DNA from: a bacterium
GTDB lineage: Bacteria; Patescibacteriota; Saccharimonadia; CAILAD01; BJGX01
Assembly: GCA_029778565.1 (NCBI GenBank)
Contig: JAKOQC010000249.1
Span: 45,611 to 109,610, forward strand
DNA length: 64,000 nt
Reading direction: 5' to 3'
Below the pieces are notes generated by a model. That model made no database searches, was not told the origin of the DNA, and saw only the letters and a program-made list of their open reading frames with translations. The stretch's first letter is position 1. Every line of letters begins with the position of its first letter. Shown one piece after another: positions 49,052 through 59,073 of the stretch. A program made the position numbers and the translations under genes.

Positions 49052-49587
49052 AACATTGTTCTTTCAAATAAAAATAAAAACCAACACAAAAACCATGCCA
49101 CAAATTCTTTACGCATTCTATGACGATACTTGATCTCTATAAAAGTATCTCTATTTAAACCAATTTCAACCTAATACGGTAGGGGAAGTCTGGCTCATAA
49201 AAGGCAGCCCCCTTGCTTTTTATAGCCAGTTTTTCCCTACTGTTCGAGGGGCAAACTAAGATAGTAATTTCTGCTGTTCTGTTAAGTTATTTGTACCTTG
49301 TCTATCTTCACCCGAAGGAGTCGGCTAGGACTTGCTCTCTAATTCTTTGGAGCGCGAATCCTGGCCGGTCTGCCATACGGATGGTTGGGAAGTCGTCAAC
49401 CGTGTATTTCAGTAATTGATGCATATATGCGCCTTGACAGCTTACAACGGCTACTTTCGGTTCTGCTGAGAGTTGGCCTTCGGGCCAGCGTGTGCCATTT
49501 AGTTAATTCTATTAAGGGCAGATACGTTGGCCCGTAACCAAATTTTGTTGAAAAGTAACCACTTTACTGCCAGTAGGGTGGTTTTTT
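49052..49587 (+). ncRNA. candidate large structured non-coding RNA
   Basis: TTGACA(49017)-17-TACAAT(49040); several long helices, UUCG tetraloop, terminator 49557-49587; no credible long ORF. Confidence 0.6.
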
Positions 49588-49640
49588 ATTTGTTTTCGTG
49601 ATAGTATACCTTAGTAAATTGTACCTGGAGGTAAGTCAGT

Positions 49641-49985
49641 ATGCCTACAAAGCTTACACATGGTGCTTATACAAGAGATAGTAAGTATGAGGTTGTGCAG
49701 CATCGCTATGCTGCTTCTGGGTTTGCTGCTTATGTAGAGTGCTTAGAGGTAGTAAACCCACCTGATGGTATGCCTAGGTATATTATTCACTGGTATTACA
49801 TAAAGGATGCGGTTTTCTCAGGGGATCATAGCTGGTATTTCTCTTCATTAAGTGCAGCTCAAAAAGCTTGGGATAAGTTTTGGAGACAATCTCAAAGTGA
49901 ACCTAAGGAACGGTTTAAAAATCAAGAAGGATTTATTTATTATGAATACAATAGCAGCGATTCTCCATGGTATTACGTAAAGTAA
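49641..49985 (+). CDS. hypothetical aromatic-rich protein
   Basis: GGAGG RBS, own -10, downstream terminator 49985-50012. Confidence 0.7.
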   Translation: MPTKLTHGAYTRDSKYEVVQHRYAASGFAAYVECLEVVNPPDGMPRYIIHWYYIKDAVFSGDHSWYFSSLSAAQKAWDKFWRQSQSEPKERFKNQEGFIYYEYNSSDSPWYYVK

Positions 49986-50319
49986 CCCTAACCCTGTGTT
50001 AGGGTATTTTTTATTGTTATTAATTTTTGACATAATAATAGGCAACTTATGCACAATATCCACAAGCCGAGCTAAAAGTGTTCGGTTTTTTACAAATTAC
50101 ATAATTATTTAATTTAGCTCGCTCAAGCATTACACAAATTGAACTGCAAAATAGAATTTACAAAATATTACAACACTAGTCTTAAGAATAAAATAAGTAT
50201 TCATTAGCATTTTCTAGTATCACAAAATAAAAAATGTATGCAATATTGAATAGATTATTTGATCAAATAGCATAATTTGATGGAAATGCTCTAAACCAGT
50301 ACAATAGAAGGTACAAATT

Positions 50320-50718
50320 ATGCTTTCACAACGTTCTGTCATACTACTTTCTATATTTGGGCTCGTTTTTTCATTTATTATCTCTACTCTAGGGGTGGTA
50401 TATGCCTTATTTACGTATACGCCTGCTAAATTGGGTCCAGCGGGTATTACTTTTTGGTTTATTGGCATACTAATAAGTGTAGGAAGTGTTATAGCTTTGC
50501 TTGGTTTCTTGTGGAAGTTACGTCACGAAGAACATCGTTTGACCGCTGCAAAGGCACTTACTAGCTCTTTGCGTACAGGTTTCTTGGTGGGTTTTACGGT
50601 ATCGATTTTATTGGCTCTCTCGAGTTTGAGAAGCCTAAGTATTCGTGATATTATCTTATTTATTCTTGTAGTAGTGGTAATAGAAATCTATTTTCGTACC
50701 AGAAAGAAAAGAGTATGA
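50320..50718 (+). CDS. four-TM membrane protein
   Basis: Hydrophobic helices; ATGA-coupled to pheS. Confidence 0.75.
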   Translation: MLSQRSVILLSIFGLVFSFIISTLGVVYALFTYTPAKLGPAGITFWFIGILISVGSVIALLGFLWKLRHEEHRLTAAKALTSSLRTGFLVGFTVSILLALSSLRSLSIRDIILFILVVVVIEIYFRTRKKRV

Positions 50719-51701
50719 CCTCACAGAACGACATAATTAAGGCCCTAGAGGCTGATTTAGTGCAAGCGAGCAACGAGCATGCAATTGCGCAAGTTAAATC
50801 TAAATATCTTGGTAATAATAGTTTTATTTCTGAGCAACTTCGCTTGTTGCCAGGCTTAGCCCCAGAAGAAAAAGCCCAAAAGGGTAAAGAGCTGAATATT
50901 CTCAAAAACCAGATAGAACATGCAATTACCGAGGCACGCGAGCAGTTATTGTCATCACAGCAATTTCCAATAAAAGACATATCTCTGCCAGGGCAGAGAT
51001 TTAAGCAGCCCTATGGGCATATGCATCCTGCGAGTAGGGTGTTACAAGAAACCTATAAGATATTTTCAGATTTAGGCTTTGCGGTGGTAGATAGCGGCGA
51101 GATAGAGACTGATTGGTATAACTTTGAGGCTCTTAATATGCCCGAAACTCACCCGGCGCGTGAAATGCAAGACACATTTTATATAAAAAACAATGGCAAG
51201 TTAGATGTTTTGCCCCGTACGCACACGTCTGGAATGCAAGTACGGTTTATGGAGGCAAATAAACCGCCATTTAAAATTATTGTACCTGGCAGGGTGTTTC
51301 GGAATGAAGACGAAGACGTTACTCATATTTGGGCTTTTCATCAGATAGAAGGCCTGGTTGTGGGCGAGGGGGTATCGATGGCACAGCTAAAGGGAACATT
51401 GCTACATGTTGTGCAGGGAATTCTAGGGCCAGAGGCTGACATTCGTTTTCGGCCTAGCTACTTTCCGTACACCGAGCCATCTGTAGAGCTCGATTGTCGT
51501 TATAAGGGTCAGTGGTTAGAGTTGGGTGGAGCAGGAATGATTAACCCTGTAGTACTGCAAAATGGTGGTATAGACCCCGAAAAATATACTGGTTTTGCCT
51601 TTGGTTGGGGTGCTGAGCGAATCGCTGCTATTAAATATGGGCTCGATGATTTACGCGAGCTGTGGCGACCACGCTTTGAATTTTTGGAGCAATTTGTATG
51701 A
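50715..51701 (+). CDS. pheS: phenylalanine--tRNA ligase alpha subunit
   Basis: NFEALN.PE.HPAR.MQDTF, RTHTS, FHQIEG, RPSYFPYTEPS, GFAFG.G.ER. Confidence 0.97.
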   Translation: MTSQNDIIKALEADLVQASNEHAIAQVKSKYLGNNSFISEQLRLLPGLAPEEKAQKGKELNILKNQIEHAITEAREQLLSSQQFPIKDISLPGQRFKQPYGHMHPASRVLQETYKIFSDLGFAVVDSGEIETDWYNFEALNMPETHPAREMQDTFYIKNNGKLDVLPRTHTSGMQVRFMEANKPPFKIIVPGRVFRNEDEDVTHIWAFHQIEGLVVGEGVSMAQLKGTLLHVVQGILGPEADIRFRPSYFPYTEPSVELDCRYKGQWLELGGAGMINPVVLQNGGIDPEKYTGFAFGWGAERIAAIKYGLDDLRELWRPRFEFLEQFV

Positions 51702-54481
51702 AAGTAAGTATACAATGGCTTAATAGCTATCTAAAAGAAAGACTTTCGACTAACGAAATAGTAGCCGCACTAGAACGCACCGAAGTTGAGATAGAAGAAG
51801 TTATTACACCACCAAAGCTAGATAAAAAAGTTATTACTGCCAAAGTGGTTAATGTAATAGACCATCCAAATGCTGATAAACTTAGGCTCGTTGATATTGA
51901 GTTTGGTAAAACAAAACGCCGGGTTGTATGTGGCGCGCCAAATGTTCGAAAAGGTTTGGTAGTGGCATATGCTCAGCCAGGCAGTGTGTTGCCAGAGGAT
52001 TTTGTTATTGGTGAGAGAGAAATTCGTGGTGAGAAATCGGCCGGCATGTTGGCCTCGGCGAAAGAGCTTGGCATGGGTAATGATCATAGTGGTATAGTAG
52101 AGCTCGACCCTGATCTCCCCCTTGGAATATCATTGTGCGACATAGAGAATATGGCCGATATTGTGGATGTTAAGACGCCAGCAAACCGATGGGATTTATT
52201 GTCGGTTTTGGGTTTGGCGCGCGAAATTTCTGCTAATTCTTCTAAAAATCAGGTTGTAGAACCAAAACGTGAGAAAATAGAATATAAAAACAGAGAAGTG
52301 GTGAAAGTCAAGGAAACTGGGGAGTGTGAACGATTTATTAGTGCGGTATTTAAAATTGATAGCAATGCAGAGACACCGGCTTGGATTGTGGAAAACTTAG
52401 AGGCGGCGGGGATGCGAGCTATACACCCCGTTGTAGATATTACTAACTTTGTCATGTTAGAGACTGGACAGCCTAGCCATGCGTATGACAGTAAAAAACT
52501 CAAGGGTGCTTTGCAAGTGCGTTTTGCCCGGGCCGGTGAACTCCTCTCTACTTTGGACGGGGTTGAAAGAAAACTGACAAAAGAAGATTTAGTTATTGCT
52601 GATAATTCCGGCGCAATTGGATTGGCGGGTGTAATGGGTGGAGCAAGTAGCGAAGTAAGCACTCAAACTCAAGAAATTGTACTAGAAGTTGCTAATTTTA
52701 ACAAAACCACTGTTCGTAGAAGTGCACTGCGCCATGGTTTGCGTTCTGAGGCGAGTACTCGATTTGAAAAAGGGCTACCTCTCCCTCTTCCCTGTTTCGC
52801 TTTTGAGCGAGCTGCGCAGTTACTTAAAGAAATTTGTAAGGCCGAACTTATTGGAGACGTAAATGATCAATTATATGCTTGGCCGTGGATTTCGTTTGTT
52901 GGTTTGCGTCAACGTCGCGCAGAAATGGTACTGGGTACAAAGCTGAATGAAAAAGAAATAATTGAAGGGTTGCGTGCGCGTGGGTTTAGTGCAGAACACT
53001 TTTCTCTTTCTGCCGAGGCTAAAAAACATCTTGGCAAGCCATATGTATATGGTGCTAGCTTTAAGAAAAACGGCGAAGAAGCTTTTGACTGTTCATATTT
53101 AGTAGAGAGAATATATTCAAAAATTGGGATTGCAATTGGCCATACTGCTCAGCAACAATTTAACTCTGGAAAGCCTGTCGAAAAAGATAATCTCAAACCT
53201 GGAGATTTAGTGTTTTATTCGGGTCATTGGGAAAAATTAGACGCCAAAAGCCGTGGCGATATTGGACATGTGGGGATGTATTTGGGTAAAAACCAAGTTA
53301 TTGAGGCAAGTGAATACGAGTTTGACACCAAAATTGGCAAGTATATAAAACGCAAAACTGCCGACGTACGCTATACTACGCTTGATAGTTATACGAGCAA
53401 TCCTACTTTTAAAGGTGCGCGACGGTATACTGAGAGCTTTAATCATATTATTGCTGTTGTTGCTCCCTGGTGGCGTACTGATATTGTAAAAGAAGTTGAT
53501 TTAATTGAAGAAGCCGCCAAAATATTGGGGTATGAAAATATGCCGAGCAAGTTGCCCGAATTACCGCCTATGGAAACGGCAGATCATCAAATGTTACCTG
53601 GATTAATGGGTATGCGCGAAGATTTAGTAGCTGCAGGATTATTTGAAGTAACTACGTATTCATTTGTTAGCGAGCAAGACTTGCTTGATACTCATATTGA
53701 TCCCACGAGTGTGTTGGCAATAGAAAACCCAATGAGCAAAGAACAGGCCTATTTACGTAACTCGCTTTTAAGTAGTCACCTACAGACAGTAGCTCGTAAT
53801 AATACATTCTATGAAAAAGAATATGGTTTTTTTGAGCTTGCTCGAATATACGAAAAATCTCCCCGCTCTAAAACATTAGCCCAAGAGAGCTGGCGACTAG
53901 CGATCTGTGCAGTTGGTAAAAACGGTCTCGAAAGGATAAAAAGTGTGCTCGATATGTGTGAAAGTCGCTACCAACTAAGGTTGGCGTACAAGCGCAGTGA
54001 AGAAGCCAATTTCTTACCCGGCCGAACAGCCACCCTACAGAGCCAGAGAATACCTGAAGTTAGGGGATTATATGGACAGGTTAAACCTATTTGTCTAAAA
54101 AAATTCTCAATTAGTGATGAGATAGTGTTTGCCGAAATTATATTGCCTGATCAGTCTATTTTTGCAGAAAGCACCCAAAAATCGGTGTCCCTTCTCCCCT
54201 ATCAGCTTGTTAGCCGCGACCTTACGCTCGAGTTACCCAATGAAGTTCTTTGGCAAAACATTGCATTGATTGTAAAATCGCAGAAACGTATATCTCGGGT
54301 GCAATTTCTACAGGAATTTGCCAGTGAAGAATTAACAAAAACAAATAAGAAACGGGTGAGTATGCGAATTTGGATTGATTGCGGGGCTAATCCTAGCCAA
54401 AAAGAGATAACAAAATATATGAGTGCTATAGAAAGTACCTTACTTGCTGACAAAACGCTAAAGCAAGTCAAAATAGTCTGA
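51698..54481 (+). CDS. pheT: phenylalanine--tRNA ligase beta subunit with inserted NlpC/P60 domain
   Basis: HPNADKL, CGAPN, RG..S.GM, VVDITN.VM.E.GQP.HAYD, RFEKG, P..R.DI...DLIEE, NP...EQ..LR; extra ~145 aa at ~53001-53430. Confidence 0.95.
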   Translation: MKVSIQWLNSYLKERLSTNEIVAALERTEVEIEEVITPPKLDKKVITAKVVNVIDHPNADKLRLVDIEFGKTKRRVVCGAPNVRKGLVVAYAQPGSVLPEDFVIGEREIRGEKSAGMLASAKELGMGNDHSGIVELDPDLPLGISLCDIENMADIVDVKTPANRWDLLSVLGLAREISANSSKNQVVEPKREKIEYKNREVVKVKETGECERFISAVFKIDSNAETPAWIVENLEAAGMRAIHPVVDITNFVMLETGQPSHAYDSKKLKGALQVRFARAGELLSTLDGVERKLTKEDLVIADNSGAIGLAGVMGGASSEVSTQTQEIVLEVANFNKTTVRRSALRHGLRSEASTRFEKGLPLPLPCFAFERAAQLLKEICKAELIGDVNDQLYAWPWISFVGLRQRRAEMVLGTKLNEKEIIEGLRARGFSAEHFSLSAEAKKHLGKPYVYGASFKKNGEEAFDCSYLVERIYSKIGIAIGHTAQQQFNSGKPVEKDNLKPGDLVFYSGHWEKLDAKSRGDIGHVGMYLGKNQVIEASEYEFDTKIGKYIKRKTADVRYTTLDSYTSNPTFKGARRYTESFNHIIAVVAPWWRTDIVKEVDLIEEAAKILGYENMPSKLPELPPMETADHQMLPGLMGMREDLVAAGLFEVTTYSFVSEQDLLDTHIDPTSVLAIENPMSKEQAYLRNSLLSSHLQTVARNNTFYEKEYGFFELARIYEKSPRSKTLAQESWRLAICAVGKNGLERIKSVLDMCESRYQLRLAYKRSEEANFLPGRTATLQSQRIPEVRGLYGQVKPICLKKFSISDEIVFAEIILPDQSIFAESTQKSVSLLPYQLVSRDLTLELPNEVLWQNIALIVKSQKRISRVQFLQEFASEELTKTNKKRVSMRIWIDCGANPSQKEITKYMSAIESTLLADKTLKQVKIV

Positions 54482-54536
54482 CTTTTTCTTAGAATAAGAG
54501 GTATAATAGGAGAAATATTAACATCAATAGATAATT

Positions 54537-56039
54537 ATGCCAAAATCGCCAAAACCCGATAGTCAACCATATGCTCACCGCTTTGCACTACCAAAGTCGC
54601 TAAGTAAATCTGGGCAAAAACCAAGTATGCTGGCTCGAATGCAGTTTGTGGTTCTTGGTGCACTTTTGGCTTTTTTGTGTATTAACGGAGCTGTAGCCGC
54701 TGCGCTAACTGGCAGAATTTATCCTGGCGTATCTGTAGCCGGACACGATTTAAGCTTTAAAACTCGCGCCGAGGCGATGCAGACTTTACGGCAAATCCAA
54801 ACCAAGCGAAATTTTACCCTCAAAGTAGGTGATAAAGTATTTACTACTACTGATGCCGAGCTGGGATCGAATTACGATCTCATAACTACAGCCAATACTG
54901 CCTATAGTGTCGGCAAAAATGCAGCCTTGCCAGTTTTTGGTATCTTTACCAGTGAGCGAAATGGACAACTTGGTCTTGCATACAATTTAGATTTGGTAAA
55001 ACTAAAGGCTTTCACTTCTTCTGTGGTACAGTCGGTTGGCCACGATCCTATTAATGCCACATTGGTAATAAATGAAGGGGTAATAACTGATCAGCCCGAC
55101 CAAGATGGACTACGTATAGATCAAAAAGCACTTAATCAAATAATTCAGTCGGCACTTAGTGATGGCCAAGATGAAAATATTACCTTGCGACCAGAAGTGC
55201 AAAAAGCCGATATCCAAGTGGCCGATTTAGCACCGGCGCGAGCGAGCGCCGAAACTCTGTTGAGTAAACAAATAATACTATCCTATAATGGTAAAAATTT
55301 TGTGGCCGATAAAAACGCTATTGGTCATATGATAGTTTTTGAAGCTCAAGATGGAGCTGATGGTAAAAAACACTTGGTAGCCAAAATATCTCCAGAACAA
55401 GTTGCTGGCTATGTACAATCGGTTGCTAATCAAATAAACATTGCACCCAAAAACAAGATAATAACGGTAGCCAATGGCACTAGTTCGGTTACACAAGAAG
55501 GCGTAGATGGTTTGGCAGTTAATCAAGATCCGGCAATTAATGCAATTGTAGCCGGGCTCAATGCCAATCAGGATGTTAGTTTTAGTCTAACAGCTTCTCC
55601 AGTAGCGTTTAAGACGCAGACCAATGCTTTTGGTGGAATTGGTGGATTGGACTATCCGCAGTACATTGAGGTTTCTCTGCGCCAACAGCATTTGTGGGCT
55701 TGGCAAGATGGTCAAGTAATCTTTAATGCCCCAATTACCAGTGGTGCTACTGGTGCAGGTTTTGGAACAGTAACAGGGACCTTTGCGATTTATGCCAAAG
55801 AACGCAGTCGATATCTTAATGGTGCACAATATGGTTATAACTATAATGTTTTTGTTGATTACTGGATGCCATTTTATAACGGTTACGGATTGCATGATGC
55901 CGACAGGTGGCGCTCAAGCTATGGTGGCCAGGACTATTATTATGGTGGCAGCCATGGGTGCGTAAATATGTCAGGTAGTTCAGCGGCATTTTTATATGGT
56001 TGGGCACCGATTGGTACACCTGTTTGGGTGCATAGTTAA
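54537..56039 (+). CDS. L,D-transpeptidase with PG-binding repeats
   Basis: N-terminal TM, IYPGVSVAG, YWMPF...GLHDA..SHGCVN. Confidence 0.9.
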   Translation: MPKSPKPDSQPYAHRFALPKSLSKSGQKPSMLARMQFVVLGALLAFLCINGAVAAALTGRIYPGVSVAGHDLSFKTRAEAMQTLRQIQTKRNFTLKVGDKVFTTTDAELGSNYDLITTANTAYSVGKNAALPVFGIFTSERNGQLGLAYNLDLVKLKAFTSSVVQSVGHDPINATLVINEGVITDQPDQDGLRIDQKALNQIIQSALSDGQDENITLRPEVQKADIQVADLAPARASAETLLSKQIILSYNGKNFVADKNAIGHMIVFEAQDGADGKKHLVAKISPEQVAGYVQSVANQINIAPKNKIITVANGTSSVTQEGVDGLAVNQDPAINAIVAGLNANQDVSFSLTASPVAFKTQTNAFGGIGGLDYPQYIEVSLRQQHLWAWQDGQVIFNAPITSGATGAGFGTVTGTFAIYAKERSRYLNGAQYGYNYNVFVDYWMPFYNGYGLHDADRWRSSYGGQDYYYGGSHGCVNMSGSSAAFLYGWAPIGTPVWVHS

Positions 56040-56082
56040 GACAATATAGTCTCATATAAACATAACTGGTATAATAGGGTGT

Positions 56083-56541
56083 ATGGATCCCCAACAATCT
56101 CCTCCTAACCCAAATACTGTTCCTGCACCACAGCCAACAATCGAACAGATTGCTGCACAAAAAGGTGCTGCACCAAACCTACAACCATCCGCAGAGGCTA
56201 ATAATCCTGGGGTAGAAATTCAAAGCGGACAAGCAGAACTTGCACCTACGCCGAGTGTGGGCGCACCAGTTGCTAACACCCCATCAGCCGCAGTAGTAAG
56301 TACAAATACTCCTCCCCCGGCGCAAGTTGTGCATACTGGTAGTGTGCAAGGTCGTGCGCTACAAGCTCAAGACTTGGCAAATCTTTCAGCAAGTGATGAC
56401 GACCTAATAGAAAAAGAATGGGTAGATACTGTTGATAATGTGATTGAAAAAGATGAGGATGATCCCCTAACTGAGGATGTTGATCACAATACCGTGAGCC
56501 GAGCATATCAAAAGCAGCGATTTAATCTGGATGTCTCATAA
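56083..56541 (+). CDS. Pro/Gln-rich hypothetical protein
   Basis: Low-complexity N-terminus, structured-looking C-terminus A.DDDLIEKEWV...DP...Y...RF. Confidence 0.7.
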   Translation: MDPQQSPPNPNTVPAPQPTIEQIAAQKGAAPNLQPSAEANNPGVEIQSGQAELAPTPSVGAPVANTPSAAVVSTNTPPPAQVVHTGSVQGRALQAQDLANLSASDDDLIEKEWVDTVDNVIEKDEDDPLTEDVDHNTVSRAYQKQRFNLDVS

Positions 56542-56568
56542 ATTAAGAAATAACACCACCAGATATAT

Positions 56569-59073
56569 ATGAACCAATTTGTCATTTTTACTAGTATTTT
56601 GTTTCTGCTATTTGCCAGTGGTATATCTGTCTTAGCATATTTTTTGTTGCGCAAACGTGCACGGCATAGCAAAGATATTGAACGATCTCTGAAGATGGTA
56701 CCACTATTGGTCAAGCTTCCACCTCAAGAAGTAGGTGAAGATGGACGTGACAGCCGAGAGCTTATTAAAGAAAACATTGCCAAGGCTGAAGGTGTGTTTA
56801 ATTTATTAAGTGGTATAGCGACCGAAAAAGCTTCATATTATGGCAAAAAATACATTAGTTTAGAAATTATTGCTGAAGGAAAGTTGATTAACTTTTATAT
56901 TGTAGTACCCGTCAGTCTACTGAGTGCTGTGCAAAAAGCCCTAGTAGCCGGATATCCCAATGTACAGATAGAAACCGCCCAAGAAACAAATATATTTTCT
57001 GACAAAAGCAAAATAGCTGGTGTGCAGGGCGGTGAATTAGTCTTAGCTAAAGAAAGTATCTACCCTATTAATACCTACAAATCCACAGACTTCGACCCAT
57101 TGTCTGGTATACTCTCGGGACTAACCAACTTGGGCGATGGTGAGGGTGTGGGGATACAAATTCTTATTCGTCCGGCGGGAAGTGACTGGACTAAATATGC
57201 CCTAAAGCGTAGTAAAGAACATTTAGACCCGAGTAGCTCAGAAAATAAAGCCCTTAGTTTTGGCTCGGATGTATTGAAAGCACCATTTAAAGCACCAAGC
57301 TCGAGTGACAATGATAAAAAACCCGATAAACAACCCACTGCTATCGACCAGCGCAAGAGTGAGACAATCGAAGATAAGGCAAAATCGCCCGCTTTTGAAA
57401 CATGTATTCGTTTAATTGCTAGTTCTGACAATCCAGCACGTGCTCATGTAATGATTCAAGATTTACAACTTGGGTTTGCTCAACTCAGCCAGGGCGGCAG
57501 TAATGGTTTTAAATATCAAAGTGCTGATTCACCACAAGAAATTGCCACAAATTTTATTTTTAGATTCTTTCCTGTTGCCAAAAAGAAGAATGTATTGAAT
57601 GCGGTCGAACTCGCTACGATTTTTCATCTGCCAAGCGAGGTAATTGGTATTGCAACACAGCTCGAACGCAAAGCGGTAAAAGAAGTAGCTGCTCCAGCCG
57701 GTCTTCCTACGGAAGGCCTGAGAATTGGTGTAAACGAATATCGAGGGACAAACACACCGATCTATATTACCCAAGATGATAAGCGCCGCCACATTTACAC
57801 CATTGGTCAGACAGGAACAGGTAAATCAACCATGCTTACTAACTTAATGCTCCAAGATGCATATGCTGGTAAGGGTTTTTGTTTTATCGACCCAAATGGT
57901 GACGAGGCTGAGAAGTTTTTGGGACGAATTCCGGCTAATCGCGCTGAAGATGTCATTTACTTCAGTCCGGGAGATACAGAATTTCCTCTAGGGTTTAATA
58001 TTATGGAGTACGATCGTAATCACCCCGAACAGCGCGACTTCTTGGTGCAAGAAGCAATTTCAATGCTATATAAACTCTACGATCCGCAACATCAGGGTAT
58101 TATTGGCCCACGGTATGAACACTGGTTTCGAAATGCTGCTCTCACCGTTATGGCCGACCCAGAAGGTGGTACATTTATAGAAATACCAAAAGTATTTACT
58201 GACGATGAGTATTTAAAGAAGAAATTCAAATACGTTACCGACCCAACGGTGCAAGACTTTTGGACGGGTGAGATGGCTCAGACAGATGCACATTCTAAGA
58301 GTGAGATGCTAGGATGGTTTGTTTCAAAATTTGGTGCGTTTGCTAATAACGCCATGCTTCGCAATATTATTGGCCAGAAGACTTCAGCATTTAACTTCCG
58401 TCAGATAATGGATACCAATAAGATTTTGATTGCCAACCTCAGTAAAGGTTTGCTTGGTGAGTTGAATGCCAAATTGCTTGGTATGATATTTGTGATTAAG
58501 TTACAAATGGCAGCTATGAGTCGGGCCGATACACCCGAAGATCAGCGTGTAGATTTTGCTCTGTATGTCGATGAGTTTCAGAATATCGCTACCGATAGTT
58601 TTGCTACAATTCTTTCTGAAGCCAGAAAATATCACTTTAATCTTATTGTAGCCAACCAGTATATTGAACAAATTGATGAGCAAATTCGCGATGCGGTATT
58701 TGGTAATGTTGGTAGTATGATTATTTATCGAGTAGGTAATGATGACGCTGAGTATATTGCAAAACAATTCTCACCACAGTATGATGCCAGCGATATCGCC
58801 AATATCCCTAATCACTACGCTGCTGCTAAGATTATTGCTGATGGTATTCCCACAACCCCATTTAGTTTGCATGGTGACCCGCCGGTTGATGGAAATGTTA
58901 TTAATACTAATTTGCAGAATGCTATGCGCGATCTTTCTCGAGCTAAATACGGACGACCAAAAGCAGAGGTTGATGCTGAAATTGCTCGGAGCCTGAGTGA
59001 CAGTTTACCCACCGAACCAGCGGGTGGCGACGCAGCTGCTGGTGGTATGGGTACAGAACAGACTGGAAATTAA
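56569..59073 (+). CDS. VirD4/TraG/HerA-like membrane P-loop ATPase
   Basis: RRH.Y.IGQTGTGKS, IDPNGD, LYVDEFQN, SEARKY, ANQY..Q. Confidence 0.88.
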   Translation: MNQFVIFTSILFLLFASGISVLAYFLLRKRARHSKDIERSLKMVPLLVKLPPQEVGEDGRDSRELIKENIAKAEGVFNLLSGIATEKASYYGKKYISLEIIAEGKLINFYIVVPVSLLSAVQKALVAGYPNVQIETAQETNIFSDKSKIAGVQGGELVLAKESIYPINTYKSTDFDPLSGILSGLTNLGDGEGVGIQILIRPAGSDWTKYALKRSKEHLDPSSSENKALSFGSDVLKAPFKAPSSSDNDKKPDKQPTAIDQRKSETIEDKAKSPAFETCIRLIASSDNPARAHVMIQDLQLGFAQLSQGGSNGFKYQSADSPQEIATNFIFRFFPVAKKKNVLNAVELATIFHLPSEVIGIATQLERKAVKEVAAPAGLPTEGLRIGVNEYRGTNTPIYITQDDKRRHIYTIGQTGTGKSTMLTNLMLQDAYAGKGFCFIDPNGDEAEKFLGRIPANRAEDVIYFSPGDTEFPLGFNIMEYDRNHPEQRDFLVQEAISMLYKLYDPQHQGIIGPRYEHWFRNAALTVMADPEGGTFIEIPKVFTDDEYLKKKFKYVTDPTVQDFWTGEMAQTDAHSKSEMLGWFVSKFGAFANNAMLRNIIGQKTSAFNFRQIMDTNKILIANLSKGLLGELNAKLLGMIFVIKLQMAAMSRADTPEDQRVDFALYVDEFQNIATDSFATILSEARKYHFNLIVANQYIEQIDEQIRDAVFGNVGSMIIYRVGNDDAEYIAKQFSPQYDASDIANIPNHYAAAKIIADGIPTTPFSLHGDPPVDGNVINTNLQNAMRDLSRAKYGRPKAEVDAEIARSLSDSLPTEPAGGDAAAGGMGTEQTGN

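Noticed and set aside
49213-49419. 68-aa ORF inside the structured region
   Set aside because: TTG start buried in a helix, no RBS, no recognisable protein features; the pairing pattern favours an RNA
53001-53430. Intein or intron in pheT
   Set aside because: No C/S...HN-C/S/T splice junctions or homing endonuclease motifs; the insert is a recognisable NlpC/P60 domain
56569-59073. Conjugative element (ICE)
   Set aside because: No relaxase, integrase or att sites; flanked by ordinary chromosomal genes
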